Shown in pieces: positions 8,958-18,530 of a stretch of DNA of 64,000 nucleotides. This DNA comes from Bacteroidales bacterium. GTDB lineage: Bacteria > Bacteroidota > Bacteroidia > Bacteroidales > GCA-2748055. The position numbers and the translations under genes were made by a program. Location: contig JAXGMU010000004.1 in assembly GCA_040768485.1 (NCBI GenBank), positions 17,879 to 81,878 of the forward strand. The letters run 5' to 3'. Position 1 is the first letter of the stretch. Every line of letters begins with the position of its first letter. The notes beneath the pieces are model-generated. The model was not told the DNA's origin. It searched no databases and was given only the letters and a program-made list of their open reading frames with translations.

Positions 8958-11900
8958 ATGAAAAAAGAACAGGCGCGACTTCGCAGGTATTTCAGGTTTT
9001 CGAGCTTATTTGTCATCATCCTCACCTTTCTCGTATCTCACAACATATCAGGGCAGGGAAAAAATGACTTCAACATTGTCGTTTCCTGCGTGGAGTACAT
9101 CGGTGATGGGAAATTCATCGCCCACTTCGGGTATGAAAATCCCGGCAACCGGACCATTTCGGTGGATGAATCAGGCAGCGTGGTCACCTATAACCACGGC
9201 CAATCAAAGAAATACGGTATCAGCACATTCCCCCCCGGTTTTCAGGAAAAAGCTTTCAGCCAGGAATTTGATTCCAGGGACAGGGTTCAGTGGATGGTCA
9301 CATTGCCCAATGGCAAGATCAAGACCACGGATGCCGATATCAATTCCAACCACTGCCGGGATTACCTGGGTCTGAATATCATCCCCTACTACTCCCCACC
9401 GGAAGGAGGCAAGGTGTATAATTCAAAGATCGGCGCGGAACTAACTTCGTTGTATGAAACCTACAGTTTTGATCCCTCAGGATTTACAGGTGTTTCAGAT
9501 GATATTTTCCAGATCAGCGGGGATGAGGTGCTCATCGAGGTTGTGTCCCGGATGGGACAGTACACAGACATGATCAGCAGCCTGAGCGTTCTGGGATTCA
9601 GCCTCGTCACTGGGGACCCGGGAATTCAACGCGCCACAGGGTGGATAGGAATTTCAAACCTCCTGTTACTGAATGAACTTTCTTCCCTGAATTACGCGCG
9701 GCCTGTCTACCCCGGGATCGGGAACTTCAGCGTACCCGCGACTGGATTGGTGAACAGCCAGGGCGACCGGGCCATGCGTTCTGATTTTGTGCGGCTGGGA
9801 TATGAGGTGGATGGATCAGGAACAAAGATCGGCGTTCTGTCCAACAGTTATAATTCAAAAACAAAGGCGTTAGAGGATGTCAGGAACGGGGACCTGCCCG
9901 GTCCGGAAAATCCGAACGGATATCTGTCCGAAGTACAGGTCATCAGGGACATTGTTCCGACCTACGGGACCCTTTCCGATGAAGGGAGGGCCATGCTGCA
10001 GATTGTACATGATATTGCACCGGGGGCTGAGCTGGCGTTCAGGACCGGTTACCTTGGCGAAAAGGATATGGCCGATGGCATCGGGGAGCTTGCTGCTGCC
10101 GGATGTGACATCATTGTGGACGACATCACATATATCACCGAGCCTTTCTTCAGGGACGGCGTCATTTCCAAATCCATTGATAAAGTCGTGAGTGAAGGTG
10201 TTACATTCTTCTCCTCGGCCGGAAATTTTGGTGACCATTCGTATACCGGGGTATTCAACCCTGCCGGCGCGCCCCCGACGATCACCGGAGAAGCACATGA
10301 TTTCAGCGGCGGGGACATTTTCCAGCTAATTGCTCTCCAGGAGGGCACGTATATGCTTGTCATGCAGTGGGATGACGGCTCCGATCCGGATCAGGCAACG
10401 ACCACAACCGACCTGGATATCTTCCTGACCGATCAGACTGGATCGGCCCTTCTGGGATTCAACCGGGTGAACACCGGAGGGTTTCCCATCGAGGTCGTTC
10501 CGTTTTCCGTATCGGGAGGAGAAGTGGTTGCCAATGTGGTTGTTTCCAGGGCCAGCGGTCCTGATGTGCCGGTCTCGTTCAAGTATATCCTCTTCCGCGG
10601 CGGGGAATTGTTCGACATGCTCGAGTACGAACAGGGCACTTCCACCATTGTGGGTCACCCGAATGCGGCCGGGACCATTTCTGTCGGAGCTGTCAGGTAT
10701 GACAAAAATCCTGTGTACAGTCCCGGTGAATATGCTGTACCGGTAATCATGTCCTTTTCTTCGACAGGTGGTACTGCCGTAAATGGGATCCTCAGGGACA
10801 AACCCGACATCACGGCCCCGAACGGGGTAAACACGACCGTTGACCTTGGGAACGGTGACTGGGAAGGGGATGCCGACGGGTATCCCAATTTTTTCGGGAC
10901 ATCGGCAGCATCGCCGCATGCTGCGGCTGTCGCCTCGCTGATCATGGAGGCAAAATCGACCTTTGATCCTGAATCCCCTCTTACTCCTGAAGGGATCCGG
11001 TCACTTTTGGGGAGCACGGCCCTTGATATGGAAGCTCCCGGTCCCGATCCCGTATCCGGTTCAGGCTTCATACAGGCCGACCGGGCCATACTGACCTTTG
11101 CCAATCCGGCGCCGGTGGTGGAAAATCTGATACCTGATCCTGACGGAGGACTCCCCGGCGAATCGCTGGATCCGCTCTCGTTCACAGTTAAAGGGGATTT
11201 TTTCACAAGTGATACCCGGGTCTTTTTCAGGGGTGAATCACTGGAGGAGGGTGTGATGGTGGAAGATGAGCAGACGATCCGTGTGGAGCACCCGGGATTT
11301 CTCGGTAATCCCATGATCCAGGCTTATACACCGGAGATCTCGCCAAGCGGACTGGACGGCGGTTTTTCAGAGGCTGCTTATTTTTCAGATCCGGTCAGGC
11401 AGACCATTGTCATCAAAGCCAACAGTGTTACCAAAAAATATGGAGAAGTATTCCCTGAGTATACTGCAACGATTGCGGTAGTGACCGCAGCGGAGGATAC
11501 CCTTACCCTGGAGGAAGCAGTTTCAAACGGTGTTGTTCTCGGGGATGAGGCTGAAAGATTGTCCGGACTTACCTTTGCCTTGCCGGCCGTTCCAACCTTT
11601 GATGCAGGGGAATATCTCATCACAGTCACCCTGGATCCGGAACTGGACGGGAGCATCCGGGAACTGGACCAGGCGATCACAGAAAAATACAACCTTGAAT
11701 TCGTACACGGGAGTCTCACTGTGGAGAAACTGGCCCTGAAGATCACACCCTGGGACATGGAAATGGAATACGGTCAGGAATTGCCGGAAAGGGGAATTCA
11801 GTTTCAATACCAAATCACAGATACCGGCCTGGTGATCGAAGATCCGGACGCGATCCTGAACGATGTTGAATCAGAACACAGAAATGCACTCAGCGATCAG

Positions 11901-14348
11901 GTCGCCCTGGTCAACGGGATTGCACTGGTCAACGGAATCCCCCTTCTGAGGGGAGTGGCCCTTGTCAACGGTGTGACCCTCACCAGGGGGCTTGCCCTTG
12001 TGAATGGTGTGGAGGTGCGTGTGGATGTTGATGATACAGGCACCACGGTGTATGTGTCCGGAGAACCCTTTTCAGGGGAAGGTGCACTGGCAGACGGGAT
12101 CGCCCTGGTCAATGGCCTGCCCTTTGTAAGCATGTCCGGGATTGTCAACGGGATCGCTCTTGTGAACGGGGATGAGGTCGCCTTCGAGGAAGGGCACATC
12201 ACGGCATTGAACGGCATCGCCCTGGTCAACAAGGTCCCGGTGGAGAACGGGACCCCCCTGGTCGATGGCATTGCCCTTGTGAACGGACAGGAGATCAGGG
12301 TTGAGGACGGGCTCACCACCATTGACGGGGAGACTGTCCCATCCGACGGGGTTGCACTTGTCAACGGGATAGCGGTCCTCAGAGGCGTCGCCCTTGTGAA
12401 CAGCCAGTTCATCACCAGGGGCACCGCCCTGGTAAATGGCCTGGAAGTCCCCGTGACGAACGGGATCCCCAATGTCAGGGGGGTCGCCCTTGTCAACGGG
12501 ATCGCGCTGGTGAACGGAATGGTCTCGGTGGGCAGCCTGGAAGTTGAAGTTTCTGCTGGCGAGGTGGACCTTGTCAGGGAGAATGGAACGGTACTGGATG
12601 GGATCGCACTTGTGAACGGCCTGACCTTCACGAGGGGAGTTGCACTTGTCAATGGCACTGCACTGACCAGGGGACTTGCCTATGTGAACGGTATCGCCCT
12701 GGTAAATGAAGCAGGTTCGGGAGGAGATGTGGTAAACCTGGAGAACATGAACTTCCTGGCCAGCACGACAGCCCTTCTGAACGGAAGCATTCCCAATGTA
12801 CGCGGGGTCGCGCTGGTGAACGGGTTAACCGGCGTGGACGGACATGCTCTGAAAACTGCAGCCGGAACCACACTTCCCGATGGAACTGTCATTTATGAAA
12901 ATGTCATGGTCAATCGCGGCATCGCCCTGGTCAATGGACTGGCCGTGGTGAGGGGTGTTGCTTTGGTGAACGGAGAACCCCTTTCCAATGACATCCCCAT
13001 GGTGAACGGTTCAACGATCAATGAAACAAGCAATTCAGGGACCATCCTGGTTTTTGATGCCACGGATATTGAGACACCACCGGAGGATCCTGTCTTACGT
13101 CCCATCAGCTTTATTACGGGGGCCATCGCAGGGAAGCACTGGATCGTTCCCGGGACCTTCCTCTCAAACAATTTTGAAATATCTTACGAACCGGGAATGC
13201 TGACCATCAACAAGGCCCCGCTGAATGTTGGTGTAACTGCTGAAGACAAGGTGTATGATGGAACGGCGGAAGCTTCGGTCACTTTCTCCGATGACCGTCA
13301 CCCGGGCGATGAATTTGAAATTGTGCATGGTTCAGCGTTTTTTGAAGATAAGCATGCGGGTGAGAACAAAACCGTGACTGTCCTCGGAATATCACTTCAG
13401 GGGCCGGATGCATGGAATTATCTAACCGGCACAGAGGCTGTAGCAACTGCCGATATCTTCCCGAAAGAGGTCCTGGTGACCCCTTTGGATCCCTTCCTCG
13501 TCATCAACGAGGGCGACCCGCTCCCGGAAATTCTGTTTAACTACCAGGGAGTCATTGAAGGCGATACCGTGGAAGAACATTACACGGTCCTGAGGGATAC
13601 CGACGGCATCCCTTATGATACTGCCTCGGATGAGTCTGCAGGCACCTATACCATTACATCGCTGCCCGAGGGTGAGAATTATTATTTCATCACCCAGACA
13701 GCAAGGTTGCATGTGAATCCTTACGGACCGGGGACCAGGGCCGTCAGGCCTGTCCTGAACTGTATCCAGGAGATCGTCCCCGGTTATTTCGTCGCCAACT
13801 TTGAATACATGAACGAAAATGACGCAGCTGTCTGTATCCCGGTCGGTCCGGATAACAACCTGTCCGGCAGCGGCATTGACTGGGAAAATTCGGACGAACA
13901 GCCCACGTTGTTTGTTCCGGGCGGGGGCGTCTTCAGGATTTATTTCGACGGCGGTGAACTCTCCTGGACCCTGTCAAGCAGGGACGAGGACAGGAAGGTT
14001 TCCAGTGCGGCCAATGCAAATTCCAGCTCCACAAAATGCAGCTCCTCGCCAAAAAAATCTGCTTCGGATGAAACCGCCGGGACCTCGGACGAAGATTTGC
14101 ACGATACGGATGATATCATGGTCTATCCGAATCCTGTCAGGGAAGTCCTTTATCTGGCGGGGAAAGATCTGGGGTCATATGAGATGATCACGCTTTTTGA
14201 CATGTCGGGGACGGCTCATCCGGCCGCTTCCGTGGTCACCGGTCCGGACCGGCTCGAAGTGGACATAACGGGATTTCCCTCCGGGCTTTATTTCATCCGG
14301 ATTGTCATGGAGGATACATCGAAGGTCATTCAAATTGTCAAACGGTAA
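8958..14348 (+). CDS. Giant T9SS-secreted subtilase-like (S8) protein with MBG/YDG domains and a hexapeptide repeat array
   Basis: S8 His motif EGRAMLQIVHDIAPGA and Ser motif FFGTSAASPHAAAVASL. MBG-type segments (EDKVYDGTAEASVTF; YNLEFVHGSLTVEK). The C-terminal Por sorting domain begins VYPNPVREVLYL and ends IQIVKR. Confidence 0.9.
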   Translation: MKKEQARLRRYFRFSSLFVIILTFLVSHNISGQGKNDFNIVVSCVEYIGDGKFIAHFGYENPGNRTISVDESGSVVTYNHGQSKKYGISTFPPGFQEKAFSQEFDSRDRVQWMVTLPNGKIKTTDADINSNHCRDYLGLNIIPYYSPPEGGKVYNSKIGAELTSLYETYSFDPSGFTGVSDDIFQISGDEVLIEVVSRMGQYTDMISSLSVLGFSLVTGDPGIQRATGWIGISNLLLLNELSSLNYARPVYPGIGNFSVPATGLVNSQGDRAMRSDFVRLGYEVDGSGTKIGVLSNSYNSKTKALEDVRNGDLPGPENPNGYLSEVQVIRDIVPTYGTLSDEGRAMLQIVHDIAPGAELAFRTGYLGEKDMADGIGELAAAGCDIIVDDITYITEPFFRDGVISKSIDKVVSEGVTFFSSAGNFGDHSYTGVFNPAGAPPTITGEAHDFSGGDIFQLIALQEGTYMLVMQWDDGSDPDQATTTTDLDIFLTDQTGSALLGFNRVNTGGFPIEVVPFSVSGGEVVANVVVSRASGPDVPVSFKYILFRGGELFDMLEYEQGTSTIVGHPNAAGTISVGAVRYDKNPVYSPGEYAVPVIMSFSSTGGTAVNGILRDKPDITAPNGVNTTVDLGNGDWEGDADGYPNFFGTSAASPHAAAVASLIMEAKSTFDPESPLTPEGIRSLLGSTALDMEAPGPDPVSGSGFIQADRAILTFANPAPVVENLIPDPDGGLPGESLDPLSFTVKGDFFTSDTRVFFRGESLEEGVMVEDEQTIRVEHPGFLGNPMIQAYTPEISPSGLDGGFSEAAYFSDPVRQTIVIKANSVTKKYGEVFPEYTATIAVVTAAEDTLTLEEAVSNGVVLGDEAERLSGLTFALPAVPTFDAGEYLITVTLDPELDGSIRELDQAITEKYNLEFVHGSLTVEKLALKITPWDMEMEYGQELPERGIQFQYQITDTGLVIEDPDAILNDVESEHRNALSDQVALVNGIALVNGIPLLRGVALVNGVTLTRGLALVNGVEVRVDVDDTGTTVYVSGEPFSGEGALADGIALVNGLPFVSMSGIVNGIALVNGDEVAFEEGHITALNGIALVNKVPVENGTPLVDGIALVNGQEIRVEDGLTTIDGETVPSDGVALVNGIAVLRGVALVNSQFITRGTALVNGLEVPVTNGIPNVRGVALVNGIALVNGMVSVGSLEVEVSAGEVDLVRENGTVLDGIALVNGLTFTRGVALVNGTALTRGLAYVNGIALVNEAGSGGDVVNLENMNFLASTTALLNGSIPNVRGVALVNGLTGVDGHALKTAAGTTLPDGTVIYENVMVNRGIALVNGLAVVRGVALVNGEPLSNDIPMVNGSTINETSNSGTILVFDATDIETPPEDPVLRPISFITGAIAGKHWIVPGTFLSNNFEISYEPGMLTINKAPLNVGVTAEDKVYDGTAEASVTFSDDRHPGDEFEIVHGSAFFEDKHAGENKTVTVLGISLQGPDAWNYLTGTEAVATADIFPKEVLVTPLDPFLVINEGDPLPEILFNYQGVIEGDTVEEHYTVLRDTDGIPYDTASDESAGTYTITSLPEGENYYFITQTARLHVNPYGPGTRAVRPVLNCIQEIVPGYFVANFEYMNENDAAVCIPVGPDNNLSGSGIDWENSDEQPTLFVPGGGVFRIYFDGGELSWTLSSRDEDRKVSSAANANSSSTKCSSSPKKSASDETAGTSDEDLHDTDDIMVYPNPVREVLYLAGKDLGSYEMITLFDMSGTAHPAASVVTGPDRLEVDITGFPSGLYFIRIVMEDTSKVIQIVKR
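11901..13010 (+). repeat. In-frame 18-nt (hexapeptide) repeat array, consensus [IVL]-A-L-V-N-G
   Basis: I count 19 exact ALVN cores by eye plus several degenerate units (IPLLRG, VTLTRG, LAYVNG, IPMVNG). Runs such as VALVNG IALVNG IPLLRG VALVNG VTLTRG LALVNG show a strict 6-residue period. Confidence 0.85.
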
Positions 14349-16540
14349 TGCTGGTTTCTGGCAACTTGAAATATTTTCCGGCCCTGCAGATACTCCTTCT
14401 GCTTGCCATTGCTCCGTTATTGAGTGCACAGGATGCCCGGATCGACAGTCTGAAGTCGGTCCTGCAGGATGCAACCGGGGATACGGCGAGGATCAATTTG
14501 CTAAACCGGATGGCTGCTGCCGTTTACAGGACAGCCCCTGAGGAAGCCATTAAATACAGTACTGATGCAAGAATGATCGCCGAAAAAGCCGGATTCCGTA
14601 AGGGACTGGCAGAAGCTCATAAACACATCGGTCTCGGCTATTTCATGCTTGGCAATTTTGAGGAAGCTTTCAAGAACTGGGAACATTCCCTGGAATTTTT
14701 TGAAATGACCGGGGATGACAGGGGCGTTGCCAACATTATCGGGAACCAGGGTTCAATTTTCCTGACACTCGGGCAAAATGTCCAGGCCATTGAATATTTC
14801 CTGGAAGCTTTAAAGATCGGCGAACGGCTGCAGGACAGCACCAGGATCGCGACGCTTCTTCTGAATATCGGCCTGATGTATTCTGAACAACCCGGGGCAC
14901 TGGATACGGCAGAAAGCTACTATTTGCGTGCACTGGCCATCGGGGAATCCATTGGAATGGAGGACCTGCTGGGCGTGGGTTCGATCAACCTGGGGGAGCT
15001 CTATTTCATGCGGGAACAATATGATTCCGCCCTATACTATTTTGAAAAGTCTCTGGATATTTTTGATAGCAGGATCGATCTTTCCAGCTCACTGAATTTC
15101 ATTGGGAGGACCTATGCCGAGAAAGGCGATTACCAGGCTGCTGTTGCATACCTCAATGACGCTCTGGAAATGGCGGTCAGTGAAAATGCCAGGCTGGAAA
15201 CAACCAGGAGTTACCTGACCCTGGCATACGTGTATGACAAATTGGAAGAGCCAAAACAGGCCATCAGGTATTATGAAAAGGCAAAATCCATTGCCGAGGA
15301 CATCGAGGCGCAATATGATCTTTCTGCAGCCTATGGAGGACTCGCATTCGCATATGCCGACATATCGGACTTCCGGAAGGCATTTGAATACCTGTCCATG
15401 CAGAAGGATATAGACGACCAGTTGTACAGGCAGGATGCGGACAACAAGGCCAATAACCTGCTGTCTGCATACCAGCTGCAAAAGAAACAGGACGAGATCG
15501 AGATCCTGGAGCAGCAATCTGTCATCGAACAGCTGAAAAGTAAAAGACAGCGGGGGATCCTCATCGGTACCGGCACAACCGGACTCCTGCTGCTCGTCCT
15601 TGCCGGAGGCTTGTATAACAGGTTCCAATTTGTCCGCAGGACCAACAAGCAGATAAGGGAACAGCGCGACGAGATAGAGGCACAGCGCAATCAGATTGAA
15701 ACGCAACGGGACCTTGTGCTGGCACAGAAACAGATGATCACCGACAGCATCGATTATGCCAGGAACATCCAGTCTGCGATCCTTCCACCTGCGACATTGA
15801 TGCGGGATCTGCTTTCCGATCATTTCGTTGTTTTCAAGCCAAAGGATATTGTTAGCGGGGATTTTTACTGGATCAAGGAAGTACAGGACCACGTGGTGCT
15901 GGTGGGAGCTGATTGCACCGGACATGGTGTGCCCGGTGCGCTGATGAGCATGCTAGGGATTACGCTGCTCAACAGCACGATTGGTGACAGATGTTTCGAT
16001 GCACCGGCTGCAATCCTTCGACAACTTCGAGCGAAGGTGAAAGAATTGCTGCTTCAGGAGGGAAAGGATGAGGAACAGAAGGACGGGATGGACATGGCGA
16101 TTGTCATCCTGAATAAGAAAACAAGGGAAATCCATTATTCCGGGGCGAATCACCCCCTGTACATTGTCAGGCGGAACGACCAGGAAGCCGGATCTCAGCT
16201 TGATTCCTACAACGTCCTGAAAAACGGAGATTTTCAATTATGCGAGATCAAGGGAGACAAACAACCCATCGGCATTCACTGGGAAGAAAAAGATTTCACA
16301 GCCCATTCCCTGACCCTGAAGGAAAATGATACAATCTATGTGTTCTCGGATGGTTTCATCGATCAGTTCGGGGGTGAGGAGCGGAAGAAGTACAAGGCCA
16401 TGAATTTTAAGAAGCTTCTGCTTTCGATACAAAAGGAACCCATGAACAGACAGGGGCGGATCATTGAAGAAACCTTTGAATCATGGCGTGGACAGCATGA
16501 ACAGATCGATGATGTCAGCGTGATGGGTATCAGGATCTGA
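14348..16540 (+). CDS. TPR-repeat, single-pass membrane SpoIIE/PP2C-family protein phosphatase
   Basis: Signal peptide, about 350 aa of TPR-like repeats, a TM segment GILIGTGTTGLLLLVLAGGLY and a coiled coil. The C-terminal PP2C/SpoIIE motifs are SGDFYW, GADCTGHGVPGALMS and DGFIDQFGG. The ATG overlaps the upstream stop (TAATG). Confidence 0.85.
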   Translation: MLVSGNLKYFPALQILLLLAIAPLLSAQDARIDSLKSVLQDATGDTARINLLNRMAAAVYRTAPEEAIKYSTDARMIAEKAGFRKGLAEAHKHIGLGYFMLGNFEEAFKNWEHSLEFFEMTGDDRGVANIIGNQGSIFLTLGQNVQAIEYFLEALKIGERLQDSTRIATLLLNIGLMYSEQPGALDTAESYYLRALAIGESIGMEDLLGVGSINLGELYFMREQYDSALYYFEKSLDIFDSRIDLSSSLNFIGRTYAEKGDYQAAVAYLNDALEMAVSENARLETTRSYLTLAYVYDKLEEPKQAIRYYEKAKSIAEDIEAQYDLSAAYGGLAFAYADISDFRKAFEYLSMQKDIDDQLYRQDADNKANNLLSAYQLQKKQDEIEILEQQSVIEQLKSKRQRGILIGTGTTGLLLLVLAGGLYNRFQFVRRTNKQIREQRDEIEAQRNQIETQRDLVLAQKQMITDSIDYARNIQSAILPPATLMRDLLSDHFVVFKPKDIVSGDFYWIKEVQDHVVLVGADCTGHGVPGALMSMLGITLLNSTIGDRCFDAPAAILRQLRAKVKELLLQEGKDEEQKDGMDMAIVILNKKTREIHYSGANHPLYIVRRNDQEAGSQLDSYNVLKNGDFQLCEIKGDKQPIGIHWEEKDFTAHSLTLKENDTIYVFSDGFIDQFGGEERKKYKAMNFKKLLLSIQKEPMNRQGRIIEETFESWRGQHEQIDDVSVMGIRI

Positions 16541-16630
16541 TCCCGGCTGCAGTACTGGTGCAATATTGTGGCTCCCGGATGCAATCGTTTAAGAATCTAT
16601 CCATAAATTAGCTTCACATTTCACAATGCC

Positions 16631-17440
16631 ATGAAGATCATCGATCTGGATCCTCAACACGAGGATGTATACTGTATCTGCCTGGAGGACTGGAATCCGG
16701 AGGTCAAAGAAGCGGGTGATCACAAGAAATGCTGGTATAGAGAGATGGCCCGTAAGGGCCTCAGGGTCAAACTGGCAATCAATGAAAAGGAGGAGGTGGC
16801 CGGCATGATCCAGTACATTCCCATTGAACATTCCTTTGCGGAGGGTGCTCATCTGGCGCTGATCCTTTGTATATGGGTTCACGGGTACAGGAACAGAGGA
16901 GTGGGGGACCAGCGGAAAAAGGGATATGGAACGGCACTGCTGAAGGCAGCAGAGGAGGATGCCCGGGCGGAGGGATACAAAGGGATGGCAGCGTGGGGTG
17001 TGCCGCTGCCTTTCTGGATGCGGGCATCCTGGTACAAAAAACATGGATACAGAAAGGCGGACCAGGACGGGTTCCTGGGACCGGTGCTACTCTGGAAGCC
17101 TTTCGGGCCCGAAGCAGTACAACCCGTGTGGATCAGGCAGCGGAAAAAACCTGAAGCCATCCATGGACAGGTGACCGTAACCGGGATCATCAACGGTTGG
17201 TGTCCCGCGCAGAACATGGTGTTCGAGCGGGCAAAACGCGCTGCCGGCGAGTTCGGAGGAAAGGTGGTTTACAGGGAGATCAGGACCAGCGACAGGAATA
17301 CTTTCCTGGAATGGGGGGTCAGTGATGCTTTGTATATCGATGATAAAAAAATGCAGACCGGTCCGCCGCCATCCTATAAGAAAATCAGAAGCAAGATCGC
17401 TAAAAAAGCAGAAACAATAAAGACAGCGCAAAACACGTAA
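16631..17440 (+). CDS. GNAT N-acetyltransferase with a YoaP-like/thioredoxin-fold C-terminal domain
   Basis: GNAT core RNRGVGDQRKKGYGTALLKAAEEDARAEGYKG. The C-terminal segment VTVTGIINGWCPAQNMVFERAKRAA...YIDDKKM resembles the YoaP-like domain as I remember it. Confidence 0.6.
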   Translation: MKIIDLDPQHEDVYCICLEDWNPEVKEAGDHKKCWYREMARKGLRVKLAINEKEEVAGMIQYIPIEHSFAEGAHLALILCIWVHGYRNRGVGDQRKKGYGTALLKAAEEDARAEGYKGMAAWGVPLPFWMRASWYKKHGYRKADQDGFLGPVLLWKPFGPEAVQPVWIRQRKKPEAIHGQVTVTGIINGWCPAQNMVFERAKRAAGEFGGKVVYREIRTSDRNTFLEWGVSDALYIDDKKMQTGPPPSYKKIRSKIAKKAETIKTAQNT

Positions 17441-17462
17441 GCATCCTGTGTATGAAAAGCTT

Positions 17463-18473
17463 TCATGGATCAATCTCCTTCAGGAGTTCCATGGACCTTT
17501 CCCACAGTTTCTTGCCCTCTGCCGGATCATAGACCTTGGGATCCATTTTCTTGGGATTGAACATGTGCAGGTACTCGCCGGTTGTCCCGGCATAATCCTG
17601 TGAAAGAGCCAGATACACCACCGGCCGGGCAGCTTTTGCAGGGGATTTAAAAACCATTGTGAAGATCCCTTTCAGGATCATCCGTAGCAGCCAGGGGGCT
17701 TCCTTCACGATGTTGGAATTGACCGGACCGGGACAGATCAGGTTGATGCTGACCTTCACCCCGTCCCTGTTGATCCTTCGGGAGAGTTCTACAGCATATG
17801 TGTTCAGAACCAGTTTGAAGTAACTGTAATTGGAAATTGCTTTGGAAACCCCGTAATCAAAATACCGGCCGAATTCATTGTAATCAATGGCAGAGGCTCC
17901 CTGGTGGGAATCGCTGGAAATGAAGATCATCCCGGGGGGGATTTTTCCGTCAAAGCTGTTTTCATGCGAAGGATCGTGTTTCCGGGGCCGAATAACAGAA
18001 TTTTGCAGCAACAGGTTTGTCAGGATCACATTGGAAAGGTAATTGACCAGGAACATCTCATCCTGGCCGGAAGGTGTTTTCCGAGATTTTGGTAATGTCG
18101 TAGCCGCATTCAGGATGCAGATATCAACGGAAATGTTGTCCCGGACCAGTGAGTCCGTGAACCGGTGGATGGAATCGATATCGCTCAGATCCAGATACCG
18201 CATTTCCACCCGGTCTGACCCCGAAAGTTCTTTGACCTTTTCTCCGGCTTCCGGGATCCTGCTCCTGCAGGCCATGATCACCCTTGCCCCGCGTTTTGCA
18301 AATTCCGTTGCCAGTGCAAAACCGAGTCCCGATGTAGCCCCGGTGATCAGCACGGTCCTCCCGTCTGCACGGTCTTTTTCCGTAAACCTGCCGGCCAGCT
18401 GCTGCTTTGAAAAGAAATCCCTGATCCCGGCCAGGGAGGCCACCACCGGATTTGTAAATCTGCCTTCGGACAT
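17463..18473 (-). CDS. Short-chain dehydrogenase/reductase (SDR) family oxidoreductase
   Basis: Cofactor motif VLITGATSGLGFALA and a catalytic YxxxK (YSYFK). Confidence 0.8.
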   Translation of the reverse strand: MSEGRFTNPVVASLAGIRDFFSKQQLAGRFTEKDRADGRTVLITGATSGLGFALATEFAKRGARVIMACRSRIPEAGEKVKELSGSDRVEMRYLDLSDIDSIHRFTDSLVRDNISVDICILNAATTLPKSRKTPSGQDEMFLVNYLSNVILTNLLLQNSVIRPRKHDPSHENSFDGKIPPGMIFISSDSHQGASAIDYNEFGRYFDYGVSKAISNYSYFKLVLNTYAVELSRRINRDGVKVSINLICPGPVNSNIVKEAPWLLRMILKGIFTMVFKSPAKAARPVVYLALSQDYAGTTGEYLHMFNPKKMDPKVYDPAEGKKLWERSMELLKEIDP

Positions 18474-18530
18474 TTGATATTGTAATGAAACCCCGGTTGA
18501 TTATTCAACAAACCGCGTGAAGATAATCAT

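Noticed and set aside
11897-12658. 253-aa minus-strand ORF with TRAIPLT-type repeats
   Set aside because: It is generated by the 18-nt periodicity of the hexapeptide array on the plus strand. The plus-strand frame is continuous with flanking S8, MBG and T9SS domains.
11901-13010. Short regularly spaced DNA repeats that might suggest a CRISPR array
   Set aside because: The period is 18 nt with no unique spacers, the repeats are in frame inside a 5.4-kb ORF, and no cas genes are present.
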